A model generated the notes under the pieces. The model saw only the letters and a program-made list of their open reading frames with translations. It did no database searches and was not told where the DNA came from. The translations under genes were made by a program, and so were the position numbers. A DNA stretch of 64,000 nucleotides from Deltaproteobacteria bacterium (lineage in GTDB: Bacteria; Desulfobacterota; Desulfomonilia; UBA1062). The stretch spans positions 48,368 to 112,367 of the forward strand of contig JAKPDW010000017.1 of assembly GCA_029552245.1 (NCBI GenBank). The letters are read 5' to 3'. Position 1 is the first letter of the stretch; the number at the start of each line of letters is the position of its first letter. Below are positions 19,955 to 31,433 of this stretch, one piece after another.

Positions 19955-20044
19955 CGGCAAGACGTTTCGGATTTCGAGTCAGGATGATCCCAAGAACAGC
20001 GTGTCCACCATGCTGTTCGGCGGCAAGATGTTTTGGATTTCGAG
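19955..20044. repeat. Two copies of a 24-bp direct repeat (cggcaaga[c/t]gttt[c/t]ggatttcgag), 66 bp apart
   Basis: Copy 1 at 19955-19978 and copy 2 at 20021-20044, immediately downstream of the Mop gene. Confidence 0.5.
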
Positions 20045-20705
20045 GGCTACGGTGATATCTCACGTCACCATGACTGCACGTGCCGGTGTTTGAACGGACA
20101 CCCCCTCTTTCGGCCCAGCGTACTGCCGGCAGCAGCCCAGTTCAGGATATCCCGATCGTTGATGTTCTTGCAGGTGGCGATCAAGGTCTTGGACCAGAGC
20201 AGGGATACACGAACGAACGTGATGTGTGTCTTGGACACAACAGTTATACCGGTCAGCCTCACCGGCGATCTGTCAAGCTGGTTTGCCTTTGGACTTAAGG
20301 TGTCGGCCGTGGCCGCATGAGGCCATCTGCCGGGTGCGAGCGCAGCGGGAGAGGAACGAACGCCATGGGATCGGTTTGCCGTCTTCTGCGAGGATTCCAT
20401 CGTGGTCACAGACCAGGGGCTCTACCTCTACGTTGCCAATGTCGGGCATGGTACCCTCTCTCATGACAGAGGCCTCGTGCCCTTTGCATCTTCCTGCCAG
20501 TCATGGCCACCACGTTCACCGGCAGGAATCTTGATAGCAGAGATGAGAGGGGGACGCGTTCTCTTGTCGCTGCGAGGGTCAGATTGCCGCCCAGTACTTT
20601 GAGGCGATCCTTGTGAAACGAATGGAATGCCCCGCCGAGACTCACCCCATCGATGCCGGATTTTTTGCCAGACAGCGTGAAGCCGGCAGGCACCTGACGT
20701 CCTCA

Positions 20706-20794
20706 GGCGCCCTGCCCGGAACGTCCGACGGAAGAAAAGCGTTCGGCGGGTCGTCGTCCCGCCGAACGCTTGAGGGATCGAGCTCCTTGTTCGT
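20706..20794. repeat. ~90 bp intergenic repeat element, copy B (perfect 14-bp stem hairpin aagcgttcggcggg/cccgccgaacgctt, loop tcgtcgtc)
   Basis: Direct repeat of 16962..17057. It lies just downstream of the 3' end of the minus-strand acyl-CoA synthetase gene. Confidence 0.7.
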
Positions 20795-20808
20795 ATCCTG
20801 GCCGGGCC

Positions 20809-22617
<1,809 letters not shown>

Positions 22618-22900
22618 CGATAACCCTCCTCATACTATTTTCGAATCATTATGCTGCCAGGTGATTGATGCATGATAATGGATTGCATTGAAATTATCAA
22701 TAGCGATCGTGAGGGATCGTGACATAAGACGACCCCGGGTCGCGGCAGAGGTGAGGAAGGTCGGTTTCAAGGCCTGGCGGGCTTGGGGCCGCGATGCGGT
22801 CATGAAGGACAAGGGTGAGGCATCTGTCATGGTGGGGGCGGCGCCGAGAGCTGTGCCTCGTTGTCCGGAACAAGCCGGGAAGGTGACCGGAACCAGGGGG

Positions 22901-22984
22901 TGATCCATCGGGCGGATGGAGGGACTATCTCAGCCATCGTCTTCAGCACGGCGCAAAGGATGATCCCTCAGGCGGATGGAGGGG
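22901..22984. repeat. Two ~24-bp direct repeats 60 bp apart, each an inverted repeat TCCATC-N5-GATGGA (second copy half-degenerate)
   Basis: tgatccatcgggcggatggaggg at 22901-22923 and tgatccctcaggcggatggaggg at 22961-22983, in the 775-bp intergenic region between the tandem acyl-CoA synthetase genes. Confidence 0.5.
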
Positions 22985-23244
22985 CACAAAGCTCATGGGA
23001 AGTCGCACATCCCCGCCACCGTGTCCGGGGACATCTGCTCAAGGCCCTCGTCTTCGCGCCCGTTGCGATGGTTATGGGATCCCTGTCTCTTGGCCGAGCA
23101 GGGCAGGAGCCGTGTTCGAGCATGGACGGACGTGCCGGTTCGCACCCTCTGCCGCAACCCATGGGCGGGGGTGTCGGCGCAGGCCGAAAAAAGGCGGGAT
23201 GATCTGCGGGTGACACCCTTCGCCCTTTGGCGAAGGCAGGGTCT

Positions 23245-23333
23245 GCGCAACCCACACGGGCCCGTGATGCGGGTCCCTCAGGTCCACTACGAGCCCTCCG
23301 GAGGCGCGCAAACCACACGGGCCCGTGATGCGG
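23245..23333. repeat. Two 28-bp direct repeats (gcgcaa[c/a]ccacacgggcccgtgatgcgg, internal palindrome cacgggcccgtg) separated by a 33-bp unique spacer
   Basis: Copies at 23245-23272 and 23306-23333, 60 bp downstream of the 3' end of acyl-CoA synthetase paralog 2. Confidence 0.5.
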
Positions 23334-23392
23334 CCTCGACCTTTGTGGGCGCAGGGCAGGGTGTCAGGCCCCGCGCCCACGAAGGGTTCCTT

Positions 23393-25213
23393 TCAGTCGC
23401 CCGGGGGATAGAGGCTCTCGATGATGGAAGCGTATTTCTGGTTGATGACCCTGCGCTTGAGCTTGAGCGTGGGGGTCAGCTCGTCCGTCTCCTGGGACCA
23501 CTCCTTGTCGAGGAGTGCGAACTTGCGGATCTGCTCGACCCGAGCGTAGTCCTTCATGTTCTCCTCTATCTCGCGCGCGTAGAGGTCCTTCACCTTCTGG
23601 TTCTCGACGAGCTGCTTGCGGTTCGAGAACTCCACCCCGTTCTCCCTCGCCCACGACTCGAGCTCCGCAAATGCCGGGACGATCAGTGCGCTCAGGTACT
23701 TGCGGTTGTCGCCGATGACCGCCACCTGCTCGATGAACTTCGAGGCCTTCAGGCTGTTCTCGATGTTCTGGGGCGAGATGTTCTTGCCGCCTGAGGTCAC
23801 GATGATGTCCTTGAGGCGGCCGGTGATCTTGAGGTAGCCGTCCTTGTCGATCTCGCCGATGTCGCCGGTGCGGAAGAAACCGTCCTCGGTGAAGGCCTCC
23901 TTGGTGGCCTCGGGGTTCTTGTAGTAGCCCATCATGACCTGCGGGCCCTTGATGAGGATCTCCCCGCCCTCGCCGATCTTCACGATGGTGTCCTTCACGG
24001 CGACCCCGACGGTGCCCGGCTTTATCTTGTGACGCTTGTTCGTGTTCGTCACGGGGGAGGTCTCCGTGAGGCCGAACCCCTCGATCACCTTGATGCCCAT
24101 GCCGAGGAAGAACTCGGCATCGGAGACGGAAAGCGGACCGCCCCCGGAGAAGGCGAACTCGAGCCTGTCCATGCCGAGCGCCGCCTTGAGCTTTTTGAAG
24201 ATGAGCTTGTCAGCGAGGTTGTACTGGAACGCGAACCAACCGGTCCTGGGTCTTTCGTTGCAGATGTACGGGAGGTTCTTCGCCGCGAGCCCCATCGCCC
24301 AGTTGAAGAGGGCCTTCTTCACAGGCGGGGCGGTGGCCACCTTGGCGAGGATGCCCGCGTGGATCTTTTCGTAGAGCCTGGGAACGCTCACTATGCAGAC
24401 CGGCCTCACCTCCTGGAGGTTCTGCAGGATCTTGGAAAAGTCCTCCGCGAAGTACACCTTCATGCCGAAGGACATGGGGGTGTAGTACCCGCAGGTGCGC
24501 TCGAAGGAATGCGCAAGCGGCAGGAACGACAGGAACGTGAGCTCGTCCGCTCGGTTGAAGAGCTCGGGATCCACGTTGTAGATCTGCTGGACGTTCGCGA
24601 AGAAGTTGTTGTGCGAAAGCATGACCCCCTTGGGCGGCCCGGTGGTGCCGGAGGTGTAGATCAGGGTGGCGAGGTCCGGTGCCTTGATCTCGTTGATGCG
24701 CCTGTCGAACTCCTCGGGCGCCTGCTTGGAGGCCCCCTCCTTGAGCGCATCCTCGAACTGGACGACGCCCTCGATGGGGGACGCGATCGGGTCGAAGATC
24801 ACGATCTCCCTCAGGTTCGGCAGCTTGCCCCTCACCTCGAGGATCTTGTCCAGGTGTTCTTTGGTTGCCACGAAGCACATCACCGCATCCGAGTTGTCGA
24901 GGATGTAGCGGGACTCCTCCGCGGAGTTGGTCGCGTAGATGGGCACGTTGACGGCACCCACCGACAGGATGGCCAGGTCCGTGGCCCACCACTCCCAGCG
25001 GTTGGGGGAGAAGAGCGCGACCTTGTCACCGGGTCGTATCCCGTGCGCGATGAGGAAATACCCGAGGTTGCGCACAATGGTGTTCATCTTGTTCCACGAG
25101 ATGTCTTCGTAGACCCCCCTCGCATTCTTGAACGCGCAGATGGCGCGCTCGCCGAACTTCTCGGCCCGGTTCTGGAATACGGCCGGGATGGATTTCTCCT
25201 CGAACCTTGCCAT
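23393..25213 (-). CDS. Long-chain-fatty-acid--CoA ligase (AMP-forming acyl-CoA synthetase, FadD-like), paralog 2
   Basis: 606 aa, collinear with paralog 1 over its whole length. Motifs LIYTSGTTGPPKGVMLSH and ELTPTLKLKRR. Confidence 0.9.
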   Translation of the reverse strand: MARFEEKSIPAVFQNRAEKFGERAICAFKNARGVYEDISWNKMNTIVRNLGYFLIAHGIRPGDKVALFSPNRWEWWATDLAILSVGAVNVPIYATNSAEESRYILDNSDAVMCFVATKEHLDKILEVRGKLPNLREIVIFDPIASPIEGVVQFEDALKEGASKQAPEEFDRRINEIKAPDLATLIYTSGTTGPPKGVMLSHNNFFANVQQIYNVDPELFNRADELTFLSFLPLAHSFERTCGYYTPMSFGMKVYFAEDFSKILQNLQEVRPVCIVSVPRLYEKIHAGILAKVATAPPVKKALFNWAMGLAAKNLPYICNERPRTGWFAFQYNLADKLIFKKLKAALGMDRLEFAFSGGGPLSVSDAEFFLGMGIKVIEGFGLTETSPVTNTNKRHKIKPGTVGVAVKDTIVKIGEGGEILIKGPQVMMGYYKNPEATKEAFTEDGFFRTGDIGEIDKDGYLKITGRLKDIIVTSGGKNISPQNIENSLKASKFIEQVAVIGDNRKYLSALIVPAFAELESWARENGVEFSNRKQLVENQKVKDLYAREIEENMKDYARVEQIRKFALLDKEWSQETDELTPTLKLKRRVINQKYASIIESLYPPGD

Positions 25214-25339
25214 GATGCCCTCCTTCCTTGATCATTCTGTGGTCTGAGGCAAAACGCAATGAATATAAAGCAGTATACGAGAAACATTGCCGGAGATCAA
25301 ACCAAAAATTGACGAGGATAAATCAACGGCAGGCTCTCC

Positions 25340-25366
25340 TTGAGGACGGCTGAGTATTGGTATAAT
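25340..25366 (+). promoter_or_regulatory. Promoter candidate for the gatCAB operon (perfect TATAAT at 25361-25366 with an upstream TTGAGG)
   Basis: An AT-rich island in a high-GC genome, in the divergent intergenic region between acyl-CoA synthetase paralog 2 and gatC. Confidence 0.35.
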
Positions 25367-25541
25367 GAATGAAAGTTCCTTGGTGCCGTGCGGGGCCGAA
25401 GGTGCGGGGCGTCATCGCGGCAAGTCCGCCGTGACATGCCCCTCGGAGAGCTGGGGAAGTGCGTCGGGCGGGCGCGGGCGGCCCGGGCGTTTGTTGCCGG
25501 GCTCCATTCCTAGCCGGCAAACGCGACGGGAGGTGAGAGGG

Positions 25542-25835
25542 GTGAGGATCACCGAGCAGGAGGTGCTCCACGTGGCGCACCTCGCCCGTCTCTCGATCGG
25601 GGGCGAAGAGGCGGCGAGGTTCCGGAGGGAGCTGGGTTCGATACTGGAGTACATGGACATGCTCTCGGAGGTCGATACATCCGGGGTGGAGCCCTTCGTC
25701 TGCGTGCACGAGCAGGCGTCCGCGACGAGGGATGACGAGCCCGCAGAGACGCTCCCTCTCCGGCTCGTGCTCGCCCAGTCGCCTGCGGCGGGTCACGGCG
25801 CCTTCGAGGTGCCTCTCGTCATCGAAGAGGGGTGA
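25542..25835 (+). CDS. gatC: Asp-tRNA(Asn)/Glu-tRNA(Gln) amidotransferase subunit C
   Basis: GatC signature ITEQEVLHVAHLARLSI...ELGSILEYMDML, about 97 aa. The GTG start at 25542 follows a GGGAGG RBS. Confidence 0.85.
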   Translation: MRITEQEVLHVAHLARLSIGGEEAARFRRELGSILEYMDMLSEVDTSGVEPFVCVHEQASATRDDEPAETLPLRLVLAQSPAAGHGAFEVPLVIEEG

Positions 25836-25838
25836 CGG

Positions 25839-27260
25839 ATGCTCGACAAGGCCCGGAGGTTCCGCACCGAAGACCTTTCCCCGGTGGACGAGCTCGAGCG
25901 CCTGCTCGAGCGCTGCCGCGCGAGCGACCTGAACGCGTACATCACCTTGAACGGCGACGAGGCCCTGGATGCGGCCGAGCAGGCCTTGCAGAGGCTCGAC
26001 GAGGGCGACGACGACCCGCTCGTGGGCCTCGCCATAGCGGTCAAGGACAACATCTGCACGAAGGGCCTGCGCACCACCTGCGCCTCCCGGATGCTCGCCG
26101 ACTACGTGCCGCCCTACGACGCCCACGTGATACGGCTCCTCAGGCGCAAAAACGCGGTGATCATCGGGAAGACGAACATGGACGAGTTCGCCATGGGGTC
26201 GACGACCGTAACGAGCGCGTTCGGCCCGGCCAGGAACCCGTGGGACCCCATGCGCACCCCCGGCGGGTCGAGCGGCGGGTCGGCCGCCGCGGTCGCCGCC
26301 GGGCTCTGCGACGCTGCGCTCGGATCGGACACCGGCGGGTCCATCCGCCAGCCCGCGAGCTTCTGCGGCATAACCGGCCTGAAGCCCACCTATGGTTCCG
26401 TATCCCGCTACGGCCTCGTCGCCTTCGCCTCATCGCTCGACCAGATCGGCCCCATGGCGAGGAGCGCGCGTGACGTGGCCGTGCTCTTCGACGCCATAAG
26501 GGGGCACGATCCGAGAGACTCGACGAGCGCGGAGGCGGGTTGCCCTCCTATCCCGCTCGAAGGGATGGACCTCCGTGGGATCACCATAGGGGTCTGCAGG
26601 TCCTTCTTCTCCGAGGGGCTCGACAGGGACGTGGAGAGATCGGTGAGGCACGGCCTCGCCGTGTTCGAAGACCTCGGGGCGAAGGTCGTCGACATGGACC
26701 TGCCGCACCTCAGGTATTCCGTCGCCGCCTACTACCTCATCGCGCCGGCCGAGGCCAGCTCGAACCTGGCGCGGTACGACGGGGTCAGGTACGGGCTTCG
26801 CCTCTGTGACGAAAGGGATCTCATGGAGATGTACCTCGCAACGAGGAGCGCCGGGTTCGGCGACGAGGTGAAGAGGCGCATCATGCTCGGCACCTACGCC
26901 CTGTCCGCCGGGTACTACGAGGCCTACTACCACAAGGCCTCCCAGGTGCGCACCCTCATCGCCAAGGACCTGAGGGAGGCCTTCTCCCGATGCGACCTCC
27001 TTGCAGGCCCGACGGTCCCGGTGACGGCCTTCGGTCTCGGCGAGATGGTGGACGACCCCTTGAGCCTCTATCTTCTCGACATCTACACGATACCCGCGAA
27101 CCTTGCCGGGATACCGGCATTGAGCATGCCCTGCGGATTCGACGGCAGGGGCCTGCCCATAGGCCTCCAGCTCATGGCGCCCGGACACAGGGAGGATGTC
27201 CTGCTCGGGGCAGCCATGACGTTCCAGGATCACACGAGGTACCACGAGGTGAGGCCGTGA
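25839..27260 (+). CDS. gatA: Glutamyl-tRNA(Gln) amidotransferase subunit A (amidase signature family)
   Basis: Amidase signature [32 protein letters not shown] and [12 protein letters not shown]. Confidence 0.95.
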   Translation: MLDKARRFRTEDLSPVDELERLLERCRASDLNAYITLNGDEALDAAEQALQRLDEGDDDPLVGLAIAVKDNICTKGLRTTCASRMLADYVPPYDAHVIRLLRRKNAVIIGKTNMDEFAMGSTTVTSAFGPARNPWDPMRTPGGSSGGSAAAVAAGLCDAALGSDTGGSIRQPASFCGITGLKPTYGSVSRYGLVAFASSLDQIGPMARSARDVAVLFDAIRGHDPRDSTSAEAGCPPIPLEGMDLRGITIGVCRSFFSEGLDRDVERSVRHGLAVFEDLGAKVVDMDLPHLRYSVAAYYLIAPAEASSNLARYDGVRYGLRLCDERDLMEMYLATRSAGFGDEVKRRIMLGTYALSAGYYEAYYHKASQVRTLIAKDLREAFSRCDLLAGPTVPVTAFGLGEMVDDPLSLYLLDIYTIPANLAGIPALSMPCGFDGRGLPIGLQLMAPGHREDVLLGAAMTFQDHTRYHEVRP

Positions 27261-28690
27261 GGGGGATCGAGGCGGTCATCGGGCTCGAGGTGCATGCCCA
27301 GCTCAAGACGAAGACGAAGATGTTCTGCGGCTGTCCCAACTCGTTCGGCCAGGAGCTGAATACGTTCACCTGCCCGGTCTGCCTGGGGTTGCCGGGCGCC
27401 CTGCCGGTCTTGAACGCGAAGGCGGTGGAGCTGGCCGTCAGGCTCGGGCTCGCCCTCAACTGCAGGGTGCACGAGAGGTCCCTGTTCGCGAGGAAGAACT
27501 ACTTCTACCCGGACCTGCCGAAGGGATACCAGATCACCCAGTACGACAGCCCCCTGTGCACGGGCGGCTACCTGGACGTGGAGGCTGGTGGGGAAACCCG
27601 GCGCATAGGCATCAGGCGCATCCACCTGGAGGAGGATGCGGGAAGGAGCCTGCACGACGAGGCCTGCAAGAGGACGAGGATCGACTTCAACCGCTCGGGG
27701 GTCCCCCTCGTGGAGATCGTCACGGAACCCGACATCTCGTCGCCGGAAGAGGCCTCGGCCTTCCTGAAGGAGCTCAGGTCGATCCTCCTCCACCTGCGCG
27801 TCTCGGAGGGGACCATGGAGGAAGGAACCTTCCGCTGCGACGCGAACGTGTCCGTCCGCATGCCGGGAGACTCGACGCTCGGGGTGAGGACGGAGCTCAA
27901 GAACATGAACTCGTTCAAGAACGTGAGGAGGGCTCTCGCCTACGAGATCTCCCGCCAGGCGTCCCTCCTGGCGTCTTCGAGACCCGTGGTCCAGGAGACC
28001 CTCCTGTGGAGTGCGTCAGCCCGCCGCACCGTGCCCATGCGTTCCAAGGAGGAGAGTCACGACTACCGGTACTTTCCCGAGCCCGACCTCCCACCCCTTC
28101 TCGTCGACAGGATGCTGATCGATCGGGTCAGGGCCTCGATGCCGGAGCTCCCGTCAGAGAGGCGGAGGCGTTTCATGCGGCAGTACGGCCTGTCGGACTA
28201 TGACGCCTCCCAGGTGATCGCGACCCCCGAGCTCGCGGATTACTTCGAGGAGTGCTGCTCGCTCGTGGATGCACCCACGGACATCGCCCATTGGATCACG
28301 ACGGAACTCGTGAGGGTGATGGGCGAGAGCGGCGACACCCCCTTGACCACGAGGGTGAGGCCCTCGATGCTCACGGCCCTCGTGTCGCTCGTCAAGGCGG
28401 GCAGGCTCTCGGGCCTCATGGCCAAGGAGGTCCTGGGCCGCATGTCGAAGACGGGCGAAGACCCGGCGGCTGCTATGGAAGACCTCGGCGTCGAGCAGAT
28501 GGGCGACGAGGACGAGATCAGGGCCGCGGTGAGGGGCGTGATCGATGCGCACCCCGACGAGGCGAGGAGGTACAGGGAGGGGAAGACGCAGCTCGCGGGC
28601 TTCTTCGTGGGCGAGGTCATGAAGGTCACCTCGGGCAGGGCGGACCCGAAGCTCGCAATCAGGATCGTCAGGGAGATACTCGACTCATGA
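27257..28690 (+). CDS. gatB: Asp-tRNA(Asn)/Glu-tRNA(Gln) amidotransferase subunit B
   Basis: Conserved N-terminus [14 protein letters not shown], the [12 protein letters not shown] zinc motif and the C-terminal YqeY-like tail. The GTG start overlaps the gatA stop (GTGA). Confidence 0.9.
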   Translation: MRGIEAVIGLEVHAQLKTKTKMFCGCPNSFGQELNTFTCPVCLGLPGALPVLNAKAVELAVRLGLALNCRVHERSLFARKNYFYPDLPKGYQITQYDSPLCTGGYLDVEAGGETRRIGIRRIHLEEDAGRSLHDEACKRTRIDFNRSGVPLVEIVTEPDISSPEEASAFLKELRSILLHLRVSEGTMEEGTFRCDANVSVRMPGDSTLGVRTELKNMNSFKNVRRALAYEISRQASLLASSRPVVQETLLWSASARRTVPMRSKEESHDYRYFPEPDLPPLLVDRMLIDRVRASMPELPSERRRRFMRQYGLSDYDASQVIATPELADYFEECCSLVDAPTDIAHWITTELVRVMGESGDTPLTTRVRPSMLTALVSLVKAGRLSGLMAKEVLGRMSKTGEDPAAAMEDLGVEQMGDEDEIRAAVRGVIDAHPDEARRYREGKTQLAGFFVGEVMKVTSGRADPKLAIRIVREILDS

Positions 28691-29880
28691 GAAAACTTCA
28701 CACAGCGGAAACAGGGCAGGTTCGTGCCGGAGAGGTCACGGACGTGTACTTCGTCCGCACGAGGGATGTGTTGAGAGCGAAGGGGGCATCGAAGCGGGTG
28801 TGCATGGAGATCATCCTCAAGTCGTGGCCGGATCCGCGCTTCAGGTGGGGGATCTTCGCCGGCCTGGAAGAGGCCTGCACCCTGCTCGAGGGGAGGCCGG
28901 TCACGGTCCACGCCATGCCCGAGGGGAGCGTGTTCTTCACGGGAGAGCCGGTCATGACCATCGAGGGTGACTACCTGGCGTTCGGCGAGCTCGAGACGGC
29001 CATCCTGGGGTGCCTCTGCCAGGCCTCGGGCATAGCCACGCAGGCGTCCCGGTTCAGGGTCGCGAGCCGAGGAAAGGGGCTCATCAGCTTCGGGGCTCGC
29101 CGCATGCATCCCTCGATAGCACCCATGGTGGAACGATCGGCCTTCATAGGCGGCTGTGACGGGGTCGCCACCCTGGCCGCCGCCAGGCTCATCGGCGAGG
29201 TGCCGGTGGGGACCATGCCGCACGCGCTCGTCCTCCTGATGGGGGACACGGTAAGCGCGGCCCTCGCCTTCGACGAGGTGATGGGGCCTGACGTGCCCAG
29301 GGTGGTGCTCATCGATACCTTCCAAGACGAGAAATTCGAGGCCGTCCGCGTTGCGGAGGCCCTGGGCGGGCGACTGTACGGCGTGCGGCTGGACACGCCC
29401 TCGTCACGCAGGGGCGACTTCAGGGCATTGATAGAGGAGGTCAGGTGGGAGCTCGACCTCAGGGGGTACGGCCACGTGAAGATCTACGTGTCGGGCGGGC
29501 TCGGCATCGAGGACGTGCTGGCCCTGTCGGACGTGGTGGACGCGTTCGGCGTGGGCACCAGGATATCGAGCGCCGCCACCCTCGACTTCTCCATGGACGT
29601 GGTCGCCGTCGAGGGCCGGCCTCTTGCAAAGAGGGGCAAGCGCTCGGGGTACAAGGAGGTGCTCAGGTGCACCTCCTGCATGCGCGACTTCGTGGTGCAA
29701 AGGGGCATGACGAGGAGGTGCGCGTGTTCCGGGCCGACCGTCCCCCTTCTCGAGAAGGTCATGGACGATGGGGTGATCGTCAAGCAGCCGCCGACGGTAC
29801 GCCAGATGCGGGCCCTGGCCGTGGAATCCGTGGACAGGCTCAAGGGCACGACCCCCGAGCGGGAGGTGCTCGGCCTATGA
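28687..29880 (+). CDS. Nicotinate phosphoribosyltransferase family protein (archaeal-type NAPRTase)
   Basis: The blocks [32 protein letters not shown] and LIDTFQDE fit the NAPRTase/QPRTase-like fold. The ATG overlaps the gatB stop (ATGA). Confidence 0.7.
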   Translation: MRKLHTAETGQVRAGEVTDVYFVRTRDVLRAKGASKRVCMEIILKSWPDPRFRWGIFAGLEEACTLLEGRPVTVHAMPEGSVFFTGEPVMTIEGDYLAFGELETAILGCLCQASGIATQASRFRVASRGKGLISFGARRMHPSIAPMVERSAFIGGCDGVATLAAARLIGEVPVGTMPHALVLLMGDTVSAALAFDEVMGPDVPRVVLIDTFQDEKFEAVRVAEALGGRLYGVRLDTPSSRRGDFRALIEEVRWELDLRGYGHVKIYVSGGLGIEDVLALSDVVDAFGVGTRISSAATLDFSMDVVAVEGRPLAKRGKRSGYKEVLRCTSCMRDFVVQRGMTRRCACSGPTVPLLEKVMDDGVIVKQPPTVRQMRALAVESVDRLKGTTPEREVLGL

Positions 29881-30851
29881 TCACGCCTTTCGAGTTTGTG
29901 CGGGGCGCGTTCAGGATCCTGGACCAAAGGCTCTTGCCCTCGAGGGTGGAGTGGATCGAGTGTACGTGCGCCTCCCACGTCGCGCAGGCCATCCGGACGC
30001 TTGCCGTCAGGGGTGCCCCGGCGATAGGGATAGCCGCGGCCTTCGGTCTCGCGCTCGAGGCGAAGTCGGGGAGGGAGCGCCTCGAGGCCGCTGCGGATCT
30101 CCTCGTGAAGGCGAGGCCCACGGCGGTGAACCTGGCCTGGGCGGTCAGGAGGTGCATGGAGAGGGCGGCCCTGACGGAAGACGGCCTCCTCGCCGAGGCC
30201 TTGGAGGCCGAGGCGTTCGCCATCTGGGACGAGGAGAGGGAGGCCAACGAGGCCATGGCTGAACTCGGGTCGCTGCTGTTCGATCCCGGCCGCAGGCACC
30301 GGGTGCTCACCCACTGCAACGCGGGCGCCCTCGCGACAGGGGGTATCGGAACCGCGCTCGGGGTCGTCAAGAGGCTGAACGAAAAGGGCCTGCTCGAGAG
30401 GGTGTATGTCGACGAGACGAGGCCCCTGCTCCAGGGCGCACGCATAACGGCGTTCGAGCTCGTAACGGACGCCGTACCATGCACCCTCGTCACGGACTCC
30501 ACCGCCGGCTGGCTCATGCGCAGGCGTGTCGTGGACGCCGTGATCGTAGGTGCGGACAGGATCGCCCTGAACCTGGACACCGCGAACAAGATCGGCAGCT
30601 ATTCGCTCGCCGTGCTCGCGCACGCCCACGGGGTGCCGTTCTACGTGGCCGCCCCCATCTCCACCTTCGACAGGGCGACGCCGAGCGGTGAGGGGATACC
30701 CATCGAGGAGAGGGCGCCAGAGGAGGTGCTCGAGTTCGCGGGGGCGAAGGTGGCCCCTGGGGTGGACGTCTACAACCCGGCCTTCGACGTGGTGCCCGCC
30801 GGACTCGTCTCCGCCTTCATCACAGAGAAGGGCATCGTGAGGCGTGTCTGA
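29877..30851 (+). CDS. mtnA: S-methyl-5-thioribose-1-phosphate isomerase (eIF-2B alpha/beta/delta-like family)
   Basis: Collinear with MtnA: RGAPAIGIAAAFGLAL, CNAGALATGGIGTALGV, ETRPLLQGARITAFEL, VGADRIALNLDTANKIGSY. The ATG overlaps the upstream stop. Confidence 0.8.
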   Translation: MITPFEFVRGAFRILDQRLLPSRVEWIECTCASHVAQAIRTLAVRGAPAIGIAAAFGLALEAKSGRERLEAAADLLVKARPTAVNLAWAVRRCMERAALTEDGLLAEALEAEAFAIWDEEREANEAMAELGSLLFDPGRRHRVLTHCNAGALATGGIGTALGVVKRLNEKGLLERVYVDETRPLLQGARITAFELVTDAVPCTLVTDSTAGWLMRRRVVDAVIVGADRIALNLDTANKIGSYSLAVLAHAHGVPFYVAAPISTFDRATPSGEGIPIEERAPEEVLEFAGAKVAPGVDVYNPAFDVVPAGLVSAFITEKGIVRRV

Positions 30852-30866
30852 GAAATACGTCATGGG

Positions 30867-30954
30867 GAATCGCCCGGGTGCCGAGGAACGCCGGTAAAGC
30901 ACGAGGTCGATGCTTCAGGCCCAGGTGAATCGCCCGTGTACGCCGAGGAACGCC
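30867..30954. repeat. Two 26-28-bp direct repeats (gaatcgcccg[g/t]gt[--/ac]gccgaggaacgcc) with a 34-bp unique spacer; starts are 60 bp apart
   Basis: Copies at 30867-30892 and 30927-30954, 16 bp downstream of the mtnA stop. Confidence 0.5.
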
Positions 30955-31433
30955 CTTGAGACGGGTGGCGCCGTTTCCCCGCCGCGCGTGCCCCTCCCTC
31001 GCGCACCCCGCGCCCTGGATGGGCTTTTCCCTGCCGGAACGACGGATGCCCGCCCCCCATAACGGTCCGCCCGTCATCGCGCATGAACGCTTTCCCGCTC
31101 ACCCTCCGATGTTCCCTGTCCAGAACCGTCTGGTTTCATGGGACTTTCCTTCACACCAGGGACCCATCCTGCTGACACAATGCAGCACTTAAAACAATAT
31201 AAAAAAGGGCATAAAGGGTAACGGAATACCCTCCCGCCCTGGAAGCAGTCACCGGGGGATGCGACGAAAACCGACCCTGTTCATTTCATAGCAAAGTTAA
31301 ATAAAATAAATATTGCTTGACTTGTGCACTGAAACCAGATACAGGACGAGGTCCACCTACACGACGCCCAGCCAGGAGGACGCGCTCCTCGAAAAGCTAT
31401 AATAAAAACACCACCCACGAGACCTTGCACACC

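Noticed and set aside
19955-20044. A tRNA-like T-arm resemblance (ggatttcgag) in the 24-bp repeat pair.
   Set aside because: It does not match the GGTTCGAATCC T-loop consensus. No acceptor-stem complementarity or anticodon-arm structure flanks it. Two near-identical copies 66 bp apart fit a repeat rather than a tRNA gene.
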